DNA of 64,000 nucleotides from an uncultured Propionimicrobium sp. (lineage in GTDB: Bacteria > Actinomycetota > Actinomycetes > Propionibacteriales > Propionibacteriaceae), in assembly GCA_946221385.1 (NCBI GenBank), contig CAMIGX010000002.1, positions 10,824 through 74,823 on the forward strand, read 5' to 3'. A program made the translations under genes and the position numbers. Positions 46,699 through 55,488 of the stretch are shown piece by piece. Positions within the stretch are counted from its first letter, which is position 1; each line of letters starts with the position of its first letter. The notes beneath the pieces were generated by a model, which saw only the letters and a list, made by a program, of their open reading frames with translations, was not told the DNA's origin and made no database searches.

Positions 46699-47451
46699 GT
46701 GAATGACTGGATTGACGACGACGAAGACGACTTCCTCTCCGCTGGCTTCGGCGGAAAATCTGACGACCAAAGCAACGACGAAAGTCCCACCGAGCCACCC
46801 GCTGACGGCGGCGAGCTCGCGATGGACGAGGAAGGCTGGACCCCCGCCGCAGGTTTCCCCGACGGCACCAACGCGGTGCGGCTCTGGGCCGATGAGGACG
46901 GCAATCTGAGCAAAGTTCGAGTCTCACTGGCTTGGAAAGAAAAGCTGCGCAACAGTTCGCTTTCGACCGCTTTCATGATCGCGTTGACCTATCTCAACGG
47001 CTGGTACCAGTTCGGCAGCCTGGACGAGGGTGACGTCTACGACGACGTGCCCGATTCGACTTCCAAGCAGCTGCTGTCTGCCGAGGCGTTAGCAGCCCAC
47101 CGCCGCGCCACCACTGAACTTCACCAGCGCATCATGGACACCCCTGGTCCGAACAGCATCGTCAAGGGAAGCCCAGCTAGCGCCAGCGATTATGACGGCG
47201 CGGTGACGGTGACCCTAGACCCAAGCGGACGAGCCTATCGCGTCGATTTTGACGAGGAATGGCTCGAGAATGAAGCTAACTCGGCAGCTATCGCTCGTTC
47301 GGTGATGAACTGCTATCGCTGGGCCAAAGCGAAGTGGCGGCCACCGACGGTCGAGCTCACTGAGCGCGGTGAATTACTGCGCGAACAACGCAAGCTGAGC
47401 AAGGAATTGGACGCGATGTTAGCTAATGGCGTCCAGATCTCTCGGGGCTGA
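46699..47451 (+). CDS. cassette 1 protein A: acidic protein with YbaB/EbfC-like C-terminal region
   Basis: GTG start with a CAGGAGG RBS. N-terminus MNDWIDDDEDDFLSAGFG shared with A2/A3. C-terminal ...SDYDGAVTVTLDPSGRAYRVDFDEEWLENEANSAAIARSVMNCYRWA resembles the YbaB/EbfC consensus G.V.V.V.G.G..V.ID..L..D.E.LEDLI.AA.N.A. Confidence 0.6.
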   Translation: MNDWIDDDEDDFLSAGFGGKSDDQSNDESPTEPPADGGELAMDEEGWTPAAGFPDGTNAVRLWADEDGNLSKVRVSLAWKEKLRNSSLSTAFMIALTYLNGWYQFGSLDEGDVYDDVPDSTSKQLLSAEALAAHRRATTELHQRIMDTPGPNSIVKGSPASASDYDGAVTVTLDPSGRAYRVDFDEEWLENEANSAAIARSVMNCYRWAKAKWRPPTVELTERGELLREQRKLSKELDAMLANGVQISRG

Positions 47452-47544
47452 TGACCGATCAAAGGCCACAATAGAGATTGCAAGCCCTTGAACGCATGAC
47501 TCGGCGACCAAACGTCGAGCGTACCAACGTCACGAGGAAACGCG

Positions 47545-48867
47545 ATGAGCCAATTTCCGTTCGAAAAGCCAGCTAACGACCCGCAGCGCGCTGCCGAAAG
47601 CGGCGCCACCGGGTACAACCGTGAAACCGATGACGAACTGCGCGACCTCGAGCTAGGCGAAGGCAATATCAACCCCGGTTCGCAACGCAGCGGCAGTGGC
47701 GCCGGCGGCCCCGGCGGCATGATGCCGCCAATGATGGGCATGATGGGCCGCGGCGGCGGCGCGGGTGCCGGCGCCGGCGCTGGCGGCGCAGGCGCGATGA
47801 ACGCCGGCATGATGGGCGCGACCGCGGGCCGGGCTGGCACCGTCCCAATGGGCGCGGCAGGCGCGGGCGGCATGGGCCCCGGCGGCGTCGGCGCTGGCGG
47901 TATCGGCTCAGGGGTCGGAGCAGGTGGCATCGGAGCCGGTGGCATTGGCGGTGTCGGCGGCCTGGGCAATTTCCCGCGCACCGGCGGCACGATCGCAGCT
48001 GGCGCGTCCGGCTCAGGCTATTCGCCCTATGGCATCAATCCTGCGACCGGAGAGCCCTGGAAGCCGTCCGATCCCGGCTACCCGCCGATCGGTGGCATCG
48101 GCGCCGGCTATACCCCGCCGAGCTTCACCCCTTATCAGCCTCGCGATTTCAGCTCCACTGGCGTCGGCGGCATCAACGGCTCTATGCCTAGTGTCACGCC
48201 CCCCAATTTCAATGCCAACACTCCCGGCGTGCAGGCACCGAATATCAATGGCGTGCAAGCTCCCAATGCGAGCGGCATCAAGCCCCCGTCGGCCTCTGGC
48301 ATTGATTCGCGGACGGGCCTGCCAATCGACCCCAAGACTGGCCTGCCAATCGACCCCAAGACGGGATTGCCGATTGATCCGGTCACCGGCAAGCCATTCG
48401 ACCCAAACGCGCCTGGCGTCGACGGCGTGAATCCGGCGACCGCCCCGATTTCAGCACCAGCCGGCGGCCCGTCAGGCGGACCCGCGGGCGGACCCAGCAT
48501 CGCAGGTCCTGGCGGTGGCCCCGACAACAGCTACAACGTCGACACCGCAGATCTGGATAACACCGGCAAGCATTGGGATGCGTTGGGTGACCAGATGCGG
48601 CAGATCGAGCAGCAGATCGCTCAGTTGGTCGTTGCTGCGGCAGAATTCGGGCTAGTAGACGACCCTGCCGCAAACTATGCCGAGGCGCAACGCGAAGCGA
48701 ACGTCTCGGTCTCTCGCTCGGCGAACAACTTCGCGACTAATGCGTCCAACCTGGGCGCTTCGTCCAACAGCTATGCCGACGCAGAAGCTACCAACACCGC
48801 TGCTGCAGCTGCCACATTGGGTGGCGGCGGTGGCGCTGGCGGCCAGCAGACTTATTCGATCAATTGA
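47545..48867 (+). CDS. cassette 1 protein B: Gly/Ala/Met/Pro-rich low-complexity protein with IDPKTGLP tandem repeats
   Basis: Conserved N-terminus MSQFPFEKPA...AAESGATGYNRETDDELRDLEL, a long G/A/M/P-rich middle, four 8-aa repeats, and a conserved helical C-terminal ~100 aa (...TGKHWDALGDQM...AAEFGLVDDP...). Confidence 0.65.
   Translation: MSQFPFEKPANDPQRAAESGATGYNRETDDELRDLELGEGNINPGSQRSGSGAGGPGGMMPPMMGMMGRGGGAGAGAGAGGAGAMNAGMMGATAGRAGTVPMGAAGAGGMGPGGVGAGGIGSGVGAGGIGAGGIGGVGGLGNFPRTGGTIAAGASGSGYSPYGINPATGEPWKPSDPGYPPIGGIGAGYTPPSFTPYQPRDFSSTGVGGINGSMPSVTPPNFNANTPGVQAPNINGVQAPNASGIKPPSASGIDSRTGLPIDPKTGLPIDPKTGLPIDPVTGKPFDPNAPGVDGVNPATAPISAPAGGPSGGPAGGPSIAGPGGGPDNSYNVDTADLDNTGKHWDALGDQMRQIEQQIAQLVVAAAEFGLVDDPAANYAEAQREANVSVSRSANNFATNASNLGASSNSYADAEATNTAAAAATLGGGGGAGGQQTYSIN
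48301..48396 (+). repeat. 24-bp coding tandem repeat (IDPKTGLP unit, 4 copies incl. degenerate ends) in B1
   Basis: ATCGACCCCAAGAC(T/G)GG(C/A)(C/T)TGCC(A/G) units read directly from the sequence. Confidence 0.6.
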
Positions 48868-48883
48868 TGCAGGAGACGATGTC

Positions 48884-49771
48884 ATGATGCAAGCAATGAT
48901 TGGCGCCGAAGGTGGCAACGTCAGTAGCGGAGTGTTGACGCAGACTGCTGATGACTTGAAGCAAATGGCTGAGGACGCGATCCGGACGGATCAGCAGGAA
49001 CTGGACGCGGCCCTGAACGCCGTCCAAGATAACTGCTTCCGCGGTGGGCACAACGCCCAAGCGACCATCGACGCCTGCAATGCCTTGGCACAACAGCTAC
49101 GCGAGATGGTCAAGCAGATGGCAGATGTGACGCGCAACACCATCGCCAAGAACTGCGACTACGCAGAAAAGATTGAGCGGGAGGTGACCCCTGGTTGGGA
49201 GTCGGTGCTCGAGCAGCTCAAATCGGTCCACGAAGAGATGCGGACGTTGAAGATCGACAGCTGGCAAGGCACCGCAAGCAACGCGTATCACACCAAGGTC
49301 GGTACGCAAGTCAATGACACCGCCAAACACATCGGCCTGTCACAGAACGCCAGAAATTCCATTGAAGCGGTCTCGCTGGTGCAGCGCGGTATCACCGAGC
49401 AGGCATATAGCGCGCTGCTGAACGCTATGTCCGGTGCACAGGGCACGGTTAGCCAATCGGCGGAAAGCTTCTCTAAGGGCTCTTGGTTTAGTCGCGGTGC
49501 CAATGACCAAGAATTCAGTTTCAACTTCTATCGACGCACCGCGGCCATGCTGAACTCCTGCGCACCACAGCAGAGCGTGCTCAATGAGTTGGCCGGCGGT
49601 AATCCGTGGCGGCCCACTTCGACGGGCATTGCAGACCAGCTCGGCACCGCGCTGACGGAGGCCCGTGCCGATCAGGAGATCACGGCTGGCAACTACGACT
49701 CGACCGTCGACCAGGTGGGCGACGAATACAAGTCCGATCTAGACGTCGACCTGGTTAAAATTCAGCGCTGA
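48884..49771 (+). CDS. cassette 1 protein C: helical protein with W-x-G motif
   Basis: Start MMQAMIG with an AGGAG RBS. Motif KIDSWQGTASNAYHTKVG (W-x-G...AY), conserved with C2 and C3, and two conserved Cys (DNCFRGG, KNCDYAE). Confidence 0.6.
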   Translation: MMQAMIGAEGGNVSSGVLTQTADDLKQMAEDAIRTDQQELDAALNAVQDNCFRGGHNAQATIDACNALAQQLREMVKQMADVTRNTIAKNCDYAEKIEREVTPGWESVLEQLKSVHEEMRTLKIDSWQGTASNAYHTKVGTQVNDTAKHIGLSQNARNSIEAVSLVQRGITEQAYSALLNAMSGAQGTVSQSAESFSKGSWFSRGANDQEFSFNFYRRTAAMLNSCAPQQSVLNELAGGNPWRPTSTGIADQLGTALTEARADQEITAGNYDSTVDQVGDEYKSDLDVDLVKIQR

Positions 49772-49802
49772 AAATCCGATACTCAGGCCAAAGGCTCGTT
49801 TT

Positions 49803-49847
49803 AGGCCACTCGTCTTGATCGAACTCGATCAATCGAACGAGTGGCCT
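49803..49847. terminator. bidirectional terminator hairpin between cassette 1 C and D
   Basis: Outer stem AGGCCACTCGT / ACGAGTGGCCT (11 bp) enclosing an inner palindrome TTGATCGA-ac-TCGATCAA; followed by TTAACTTTT. Confidence 0.5.
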
Positions 49848-49856
49848 TTAACTTTT

Positions 49857-50966
49857 CTACCGCTGCACCTCTTTGCCGTCTTGATCTAGCCAAACACCTT
49901 GACTGCCATCCGCCGCGACAACGCCAATCACTACAGTCTTTTCGTCAAATTGTTCGACGCGCAGTGGGCTATTTGGACGTGGCTTTAGGCCGCGCTGCAG
50001 CAAATTATCGAGTTGGGCATGCAATTTATCGCGATCGATAGTCTCGAAATTCAAATAGTGCTGTGGTTTAACGTCATTGCCTGAAGTTCTGCGCATTAGC
50101 GGTTGAATCATTGGAGAATTTACGAAGGATGAAAGCGCATAGCTAGGAGTTGCCTGTAAACCCGAGCAAGCTCGGAATGATTCACCGGTCGATTCCAACT
50201 TCGCGAACGGCAAGTCATAGTGGCTGGCGATGGCAAGGATCTTGTCTAATTCGTCGTGTTCACCCTTGACCTTGGTGGTGTAGGCAGTGCCGTTGATGGT
50301 GAAATCGTAGGTGTGCGGCAGTTGAGTGTTATAACCCGTATCGCATTTGTGCGTGAACATTGGGGTACCGTCTGGCAGCAGCACCATTCGTGCTAGCCAG
50401 AAATCTTTCTTGTCGCAGGGGGCGGCGTCGATGTATGTCTGGAAGGCATTTAAATGCTCGGACGTCACCTTGACATTCTTTAAATCCTGCAGATAAGGAT
50501 TGCTGTCGAGTCTGCCGCTTTTATCGCTATCAAAAGGATGTTCACTGTAATAGTTCAAAGTTTTACCTTCATACCAATACAAATCCAGATAATAGGTGCG
50601 ATTGCGCAGATCCTCTTTAGCGACCGGACCGAGCCGCCATTCCAGCATGGACGCTTTGCCGTCCGGCGTCTTAGAAATCATCGACGACCATTGCTCTGCC
50701 AAAGCGGGACGTTTGGGGCCGCGCGGCGCGAAATTCCAAACCAGATATACCGTCAAAGCAGCGACCAGCAGCGCGCTGACGACGATCCACAGCGTTCGCC
50801 GTCCCTTCTTCTTGGGCGGCTGGCTTGAGGACTGCTGCACGCTATTCATCGCATGCTGGCCAAAGCCCTGTTGGGGATAACCCTGCGGCGGATAGCCCGG
50901 CTGCGGACGGTCAGGTGGTGGGATATTCGGCTGGGGGCGGCCGGGCATTGGGTGGTTAGCGCTCAT
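49857..50966 (-). CDS. cassette 1 protein D: single-pass membrane protein with Pro/Gln-rich N-terminal tail and conserved extracytoplasmic domain
   Basis: Start MSANHPMPG (shared MSAN start with D2). N-terminus PQGYPQQGF-rich, then KKKGRR plus TM helix. Conserved motifs shared with D2/D3: EQW...EWR.GP, YYLDLYWY, FTHKCDTGYNT, LQQRGLKP. Confidence 0.6.
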   Translation of the reverse strand: MSANHPMPGRPQPNIPPPDRPQPGYPPQGYPQQGFGQHAMNSVQQSSSQPPKKKGRRTLWIVVSALLVAALTVYLVWNFAPRGPKRPALAEQWSSMISKTPDGKASMLEWRLGPVAKEDLRNRTYYLDLYWYEGKTLNYYSEHPFDSDKSGRLDSNPYLQDLKNVKVTSEHLNAFQTYIDAAPCDKKDFWLARMVLLPDGTPMFTHKCDTGYNTQLPHTYDFTINGTAYTTKVKGEHDELDKILAIASHYDLPFAKLESTGESFRACSGLQATPSYALSSFVNSPMIQPLMRRTSGNDVKPQHYLNFETIDRDKLHAQLDNLLQRGLKPRPNSPLRVEQFDEKTVVIGVVAADGSQGVWLDQDGKEVQR

Positions 50967-51120
50967 CTTCGAAACTCCAAGCGTCCGGGGGATATGGCTC
51001 AGCGTAACGGATTGGCAACTGCTTTAACGGCCATCGGCGTCGTCAACTCATCGGATGAATCGACACCTCGCAGTTGACCCCCTAGGCCTAGGCTGTTGAC
51101 CACGCACCCCAGGAGCAACC

Positions 51121-51858
51121 GTGAACGACTGGATCGATGACGAAGACGAGGACTTTCTCACCGCTGGCTTCGGGGCCGCAGCAGAAGCTGACGATTCCGC
51201 CGAACAGACTGACCTGGCCGATCAAGAGCATGCTGAACCTGCCCTTGACGAGGCGTCCTGGGAGCCCAGTGCTGGTTTCCCGGACCCCAGCAATTCGATT
51301 CGGATCTGGGCTGACGAGGACGGCAACCTCACCAAGATCCGCGTCTCATTGTCGTGGCGCGAGAAACTCCAAGGCAGCCTGAGCGACGCGTTCAATGTCA
51401 CCTTGATGTACCTCAATAATTGGTATCGCGTCGCGCGGTTGGATTTCAGCGTCGATGACGGCCCGGCGGTACATACGACACGGCAGTTTTCAGCTGACGC
51501 GCTGCGCGAAGTTCAACAGCGAATCGAGCAGCTCGACGCCCGACTGGCGCAGTTGCCCGTCGAAGACGAGCAAAAATTTGACGGCGCTAGCGTCAGCGCG
51601 TCCGATTATGACGGCGCCGTGAAGATGACCTTGGATCTGCACGGCTACCCCAGTTCGGTCTATATCGAGCAGAAATGGGCCGAAGAAGAGGCTAATGCCT
51701 CGGCTATCTCGCGATCGGTGATGAACTGCTATCGCTGGGCGCGAGCAAAGTGGAGGCCACCGACGCAGGCGGTGTCTGAGCGTGGGCAATTGCGGCAAGA
51801 ACGCGAACAGCTGAGCCGTGAACTGCTGGCCATGATGAGCAATGGCATCGCCAGTTAA
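51121..51858 (+). CDS. cassette 2 protein A (paralogue of 46699..47451)
   Basis: GTG start with a CAGGAGC RBS. MNDWIDDEDEDFLTAGFG N-terminus and the same YbaB-like C-terminal block ...SDYDGAVKMTLDLHGYPSSVYIEQKWAEEEANASAISRSVMNCYRWA. Confidence 0.6.
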   Translation: MNDWIDDEDEDFLTAGFGAAAEADDSAEQTDLADQEHAEPALDEASWEPSAGFPDPSNSIRIWADEDGNLTKIRVSLSWREKLQGSLSDAFNVTLMYLNNWYRVARLDFSVDDGPAVHTTRQFSADALREVQQRIEQLDARLAQLPVEDEQKFDGASVSASDYDGAVKMTLDLHGYPSSVYIEQKWAEEEANASAISRSVMNCYRWARAKWRPPTQAVSERGQLRQEREQLSRELLAMMSNGIAS

Positions 51859-51932
51859 ACCCGGCCATGACCCCCTATCAGGGGAGAATGGAACCATCTG
51901 AATCAAGTTCAGCATCGTGACGAGGATCCGCT

Positions 51933-53312
51933 ATGAGTCAGTTTCCGTTCGAAAAACCAGCCAAGGACGCTAAGCGCGCCGCGGAAAGTGGCGCCACCGG
52001 GTACAACCGTGAAACCGATGACGAGCTTCGCGACCTCGAGCTGACCGAAGGCAATATCAACCCTTCCTCGCAGCGCAGCGGTGGCGGCGCTGGTGGCCCC
52101 GGCGGCATGATGCCGCCAATGATGGGCATGATGGGCCGCGGCGGCGGCGCGGGTGCCGGCGCCGGCGCTGGCGGCGCAGGCGCGATGAACGCCGGCATGA
52201 TGGGCGCGACCGCGGGCCGGGCTGGCACCGTCCCAATGGGCGCGGCAGGCGCGGGCGGCATGGGCCCCGGCGGCGTCGGCGCTGGCGGTATCGGCTCAGG
52301 GGTCGGAGCAGGTGGCATCGGAGCCGGTGGCATTGGCGGTGTCGGCGGCCTGGGCAATTTCCCGCGCACCGGCGGCACGATCGCAGCTGGCGCGTCCGGC
52401 TCAGGCTATTCGCCCTATGGCATCAATCCTGCGACCGGAGAGCCCTGGAAGCCGTCCGATCCCGGCTACCCGCCGATCGGTGGCATCGGCGCCGGCTATA
52501 CCCCGCCGAGCTTCACCCCTTATCAGCCTCGCGATTTCAGCTCCACTGGCGTCGGCGGCATCAACGGCTCTATGCCTAGTGTCACGCCCCCCAATTTCAA
52601 TGCCAACACTCCCGGCGTGCAGGCACCGAATATCAATGGCGTGCAAGCTCCCAATGCGAGCGGCATCAAGCCCCCGTCGGCGTCGAATATCGACCCCAAG
52701 ACCGGACTGCCCATTGATCCCAAGACCGGGCTCCCGATTGACCCCAAGACCGGACTGCCGATCGACCCCAAGACCGGGCAGCCGATCGACCCCAAGACCG
52801 GGCAGCCGATCGACCCCAAGACCGGGCAGCCGTTCGATCCGAACGCACCCAACGTCAATGACGTCAACGCTGCGAGCGCCCCGATTAGCGCGCCCAGCGG
52901 TGGACCTAGCGGCGTCCCGGGTGGCGCCCCAGGCATCGGCGGTCCCGGCGGCGGCCCCGACAATAGCTACAACGTCGACACTGGCGATTTGGACAACACC
53001 GGTAAGCACTGGGACGCGCTCGGCGAGCAAATGCATCAGATTGAGCAGCAGATCGCCCAGCTGGCCGTCGCGGCAGCCGAGTTCGGCCTAGTCTCCGACC
53101 CAGCGTCGAACTACGCAGAGGCTCAGCGCGAGGCAAATGTCTCCGTCGGACGCTCCGCCCAGAACTTCACGACCAACGCCACCAACTTGGGCACCTCCGC
53201 GAATAGCTACTCCGACGCCGAAGCGACCAACACTGCAGCCGCAGGCGCCACGCTCGGTGGCGGCGTCGGTGGAGGCCGCGTTGGCTCCCAGAACTCGTAC
53301 ACGATCCACTGA
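51933..53312 (+). CDS. cassette 2 protein B (paralogue of 47545..48867) with six IDPKTG[LQ]P repeats
   Basis: Shares an apparently identical ~590-nt tract with B1. Six 24-bp repeat units at 52689..52832; conserved C-terminal helical block. Confidence 0.65.
   Translation: MSQFPFEKPAKDAKRAAESGATGYNRETDDELRDLELTEGNINPSSQRSGGGAGGPGGMMPPMMGMMGRGGGAGAGAGAGGAGAMNAGMMGATAGRAGTVPMGAAGAGGMGPGGVGAGGIGSGVGAGGIGAGGIGGVGGLGNFPRTGGTIAAGASGSGYSPYGINPATGEPWKPSDPGYPPIGGIGAGYTPPSFTPYQPRDFSSTGVGGINGSMPSVTPPNFNANTPGVQAPNINGVQAPNASGIKPPSASNIDPKTGLPIDPKTGLPIDPKTGLPIDPKTGQPIDPKTGQPIDPKTGQPFDPNAPNVNDVNAASAPISAPSGGPSGVPGGAPGIGGPGGGPDNSYNVDTGDLDNTGKHWDALGEQMHQIEQQIAQLAVAAAEFGLVSDPASNYAEAQREANVSVGRSAQNFTTNATNLGTSANSYSDAEATNTAAAGATLGGGVGGGRVGSQNSYTIH
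52689..52832 (+). repeat. 24-bp coding tandem repeat (IDPKTG[LQ]P unit, 6 copies) in B2
   Basis: Six consecutive 24-nt units; the last three are identical (ATCGACCCCAAGACCGGGCAGCCG). Confidence 0.65.
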
Positions 53313-53330
53313 TTTAGGAAGCGAATAGTC

Positions 53331-54215
53331 ATGCACGCGATGATGGACGCCGGCGGTGGCGCGGTAAGCAGCTCTTTGCTCACTACGACTGCCGATGAGT
53401 TGAAGACTCTGGCCGATACTGCGATAGCTAACGATGAAGCGGAGCTACAAGCCGCGTTGAACGCCATCCAGGACAACTGTTTCCGCGGCGGTCACAACGA
53501 GCAAGCGACTAGGCAGGCCTGCGACGCACTAGCCCAGCAACTGCGGGACATGGTCAATCAGATGGGCGAAGTCACCAAAAACAGCATCGCGAAGAACTGC
53601 GACTACGCCGAGAAGATCGAACGCGAAGTCAGCCCCGGTTGGAGGAATGTCGTCGATCAACTGACCGCAGTGCGCGAAGAAATGAATGCCATGAAGATCG
53701 ACAGCTGGCAGGGCACGGCCAGTGACGCGTACCACACCAAGATCGGCAAACAGATGAATGATGCCAACAAGCACATTGGTCTGTCGCAAAATGCCAAGGG
53801 CTCGATTGACGCGGTTGCGTTGGTGCAGCGCGGAATCACCGACCAGGCATATTCGGCATTGCTTTCAGCCATCAGCGGCGGCAGTTCGTCGGCTAATCGC
53901 GCGCCGGCGAGTTTCACCAAGGAATCTTGGTTTAACCGGCAAGCAAATGACCTCGAGTTCAGTTTCGAATTTTATTCCCGCACTGCTGCCATGCTGAATG
54001 CTTGCGCGCCCCAGCAGAGCGTCTTGAACGAGCTAGCTGGTGGCAACCCTTGGCGTCCGACGTCGACCGGTATCGCCGATCAGCTCGGTGTGGCGATCAG
54101 CGAAGCCCGTTCAGACCATGACATCGCCACCGACCAATACGATTCGACGGTCGACAAGGTCGGCGATCAGTACAAGTCTGACCTCGACGAAAGCGGCCGC
54201 CAGATCCAGCGCTGA
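53331..54215 (+). CDS. cassette 2 protein C (W-x-G motif protein, paralogue of C1)
   Basis: KIDSWQGTASDAYHTKIG, DNCFRGG, KNCDYAEKIERE; about 65% identical to C1 by eye. Confidence 0.6.
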   Translation: MHAMMDAGGGAVSSSLLTTTADELKTLADTAIANDEAELQAALNAIQDNCFRGGHNEQATRQACDALAQQLRDMVNQMGEVTKNSIAKNCDYAEKIEREVSPGWRNVVDQLTAVREEMNAMKIDSWQGTASDAYHTKIGKQMNDANKHIGLSQNAKGSIDAVALVQRGITDQAYSALLSAISGGSSSANRAPASFTKESWFNRQANDLEFSFEFYSRTAAMLNACAPQQSVLNELAGGNPWRPTSTGIADQLGVAISEARSDHDIATDQYDSTVDKVGDQYKSDLDESGRQIQR

Positions 54216-54227
54216 TCGCAACACGAT

Positions 54228-55340
54228 TCAGCGCCGGACTTCGTTACCGTCCTTGTCTAGCCAGGTGCCTTGGGTGCCATCCAATGACGTGATGCCGATG
54301 ACGACGGTCGATTCGTCGAGTTGCTCGATTCGCAGCGGCGTCGAAACGGACGGCTTCAGGCCGCGCTGCTGCAGGTCAGCGATTCGCGCGTGCAATAGTT
54401 CTCGATCCAGCGTCGCGAAGTTCAAGTAGTGCGTTGCTTTGGCGCTGGTGCCGCCCCCGGTCATGATCGGCTGCAGCATCGGCGCGTTGACCGGCACGGC
54501 CAGCGCATAGCTAGGAACTTGCTGCAGGTCTGAACCTGCCTTGAATGCGCCACCGGTAGATTCAAGTTTTGCGAAAGGCATTTCAAAGTGCCGCGCGACC
54601 GCAATGATCTTGTCTAATTCAGATTCTAGGCTTTCGAATTTCGTCGAATATTCCACACCGTCAATCGAGAAGTTCCGCGTCGCAGGCAATCTATTGGTGT
54701 TAAAGGCGGTGTCGCATTTATGGGTGAACATTGGTGCCCCGTCAGGCAACATCATCATGCGCGCCACCCAGAATTCTCCGCCGCTGGTGTCACACGGTGC
54801 TGAATCGATGTATTTTTGGAAATCCGCTAGGTGCTCATCGAGAATTTTGACGTTCCCCATGCCTTGGACGGGCTCCCAGCCCGGCACTGGGCCATTTTGC
54901 GCGCTGTCCATCGGATGTTCGGTGTAATAGTTCAATTCCGATCCGTCATACCAATAAAGGTCTAAGTAGTACGTCGGCTTGGAAATGTCGTTGCCCGTGG
55001 GGCCGTCACGCCATTCCATGATGGCGACTTCGCCATTTGGCGTATGAGCCATTTGTGCCGCCCACTGCTCAGCCAAATCCTGACGCTGCTTTCCGCCACC
55101 CGAAAAATTCCAAATCAGAAAGACCGCTAGAGCCACGACCAACACCCCGACGATTGCGATCCACAGCCAGCGGCCCCTCTTCTTCGGTGGCTGCTGAGCG
55201 TTGCCGTGCGGAGCTGACATTGGGGGTTGGGCGGCAAAACCCGGCTGCTGTGCAGCGTTGGGCTGCGTAGGGCGCGACATGGGTGGCTGATTCGCATTCC
55301 AACCCTGCGGACGGCCAGCTGGGGGATAGTTAGCGCTCAT
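54228..55340 (-). CDS. cassette 2 protein D (membrane protein, paralogue of D1)
   Basis: Start chosen at MSANYPPAG, by analogy with D1 and an identical TAGCGCTCATCTTCGAA start context. TM helix plus conserved extracytoplasmic motifs. Confidence 0.55.
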   Translation of the reverse strand: MSANYPPAGRPQGWNANQPPMSRPTQPNAAQQPGFAAQPPMSAPHGNAQQPPKKRGRWLWIAIVGVLVVALAVFLIWNFSGGGKQRQDLAEQWAAQMAHTPNGEVAIMEWRDGPTGNDISKPTYYLDLYWYDGSELNYYTEHPMDSAQNGPVPGWEPVQGMGNVKILDEHLADFQKYIDSAPCDTSGGEFWVARMMMLPDGAPMFTHKCDTAFNTNRLPATRNFSIDGVEYSTKFESLESELDKIIAVARHFEMPFAKLESTGGAFKAGSDLQQVPSYALAVPVNAPMLQPIMTGGGTSAKATHYLNFATLDRELLHARIADLQQRGLKPSVSTPLRIEQLDESTVVIGITSLDGTQGTWLDKDGNEVRR

Positions 55341-55488
55341 CTTCGAACTCCAAGGCTCAGTGGGGGGACGCTTTCTAGCGTAGAGGCTGCCGCTGCTGAA
55401 CATGTACAGCAGCAGGATGAAAGGGATCAAGTGCCAGCTTCAGCTGACCCCCGCGGCTTAAGCTTTTGTCAAAGACCCGGGAGGCAGC

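Noticed and set aside
47700-48300. GGC/GCC-rich periodic sequence in B genes as a CRISPR array or non-coding simple repeat
   Set aside because: The repeats are in-frame codons (Gly/Ala runs and an 8-aa unit) within long ORFs that have RBSs and conserved termini. There is no spacer/repeat architecture and no cas genes.
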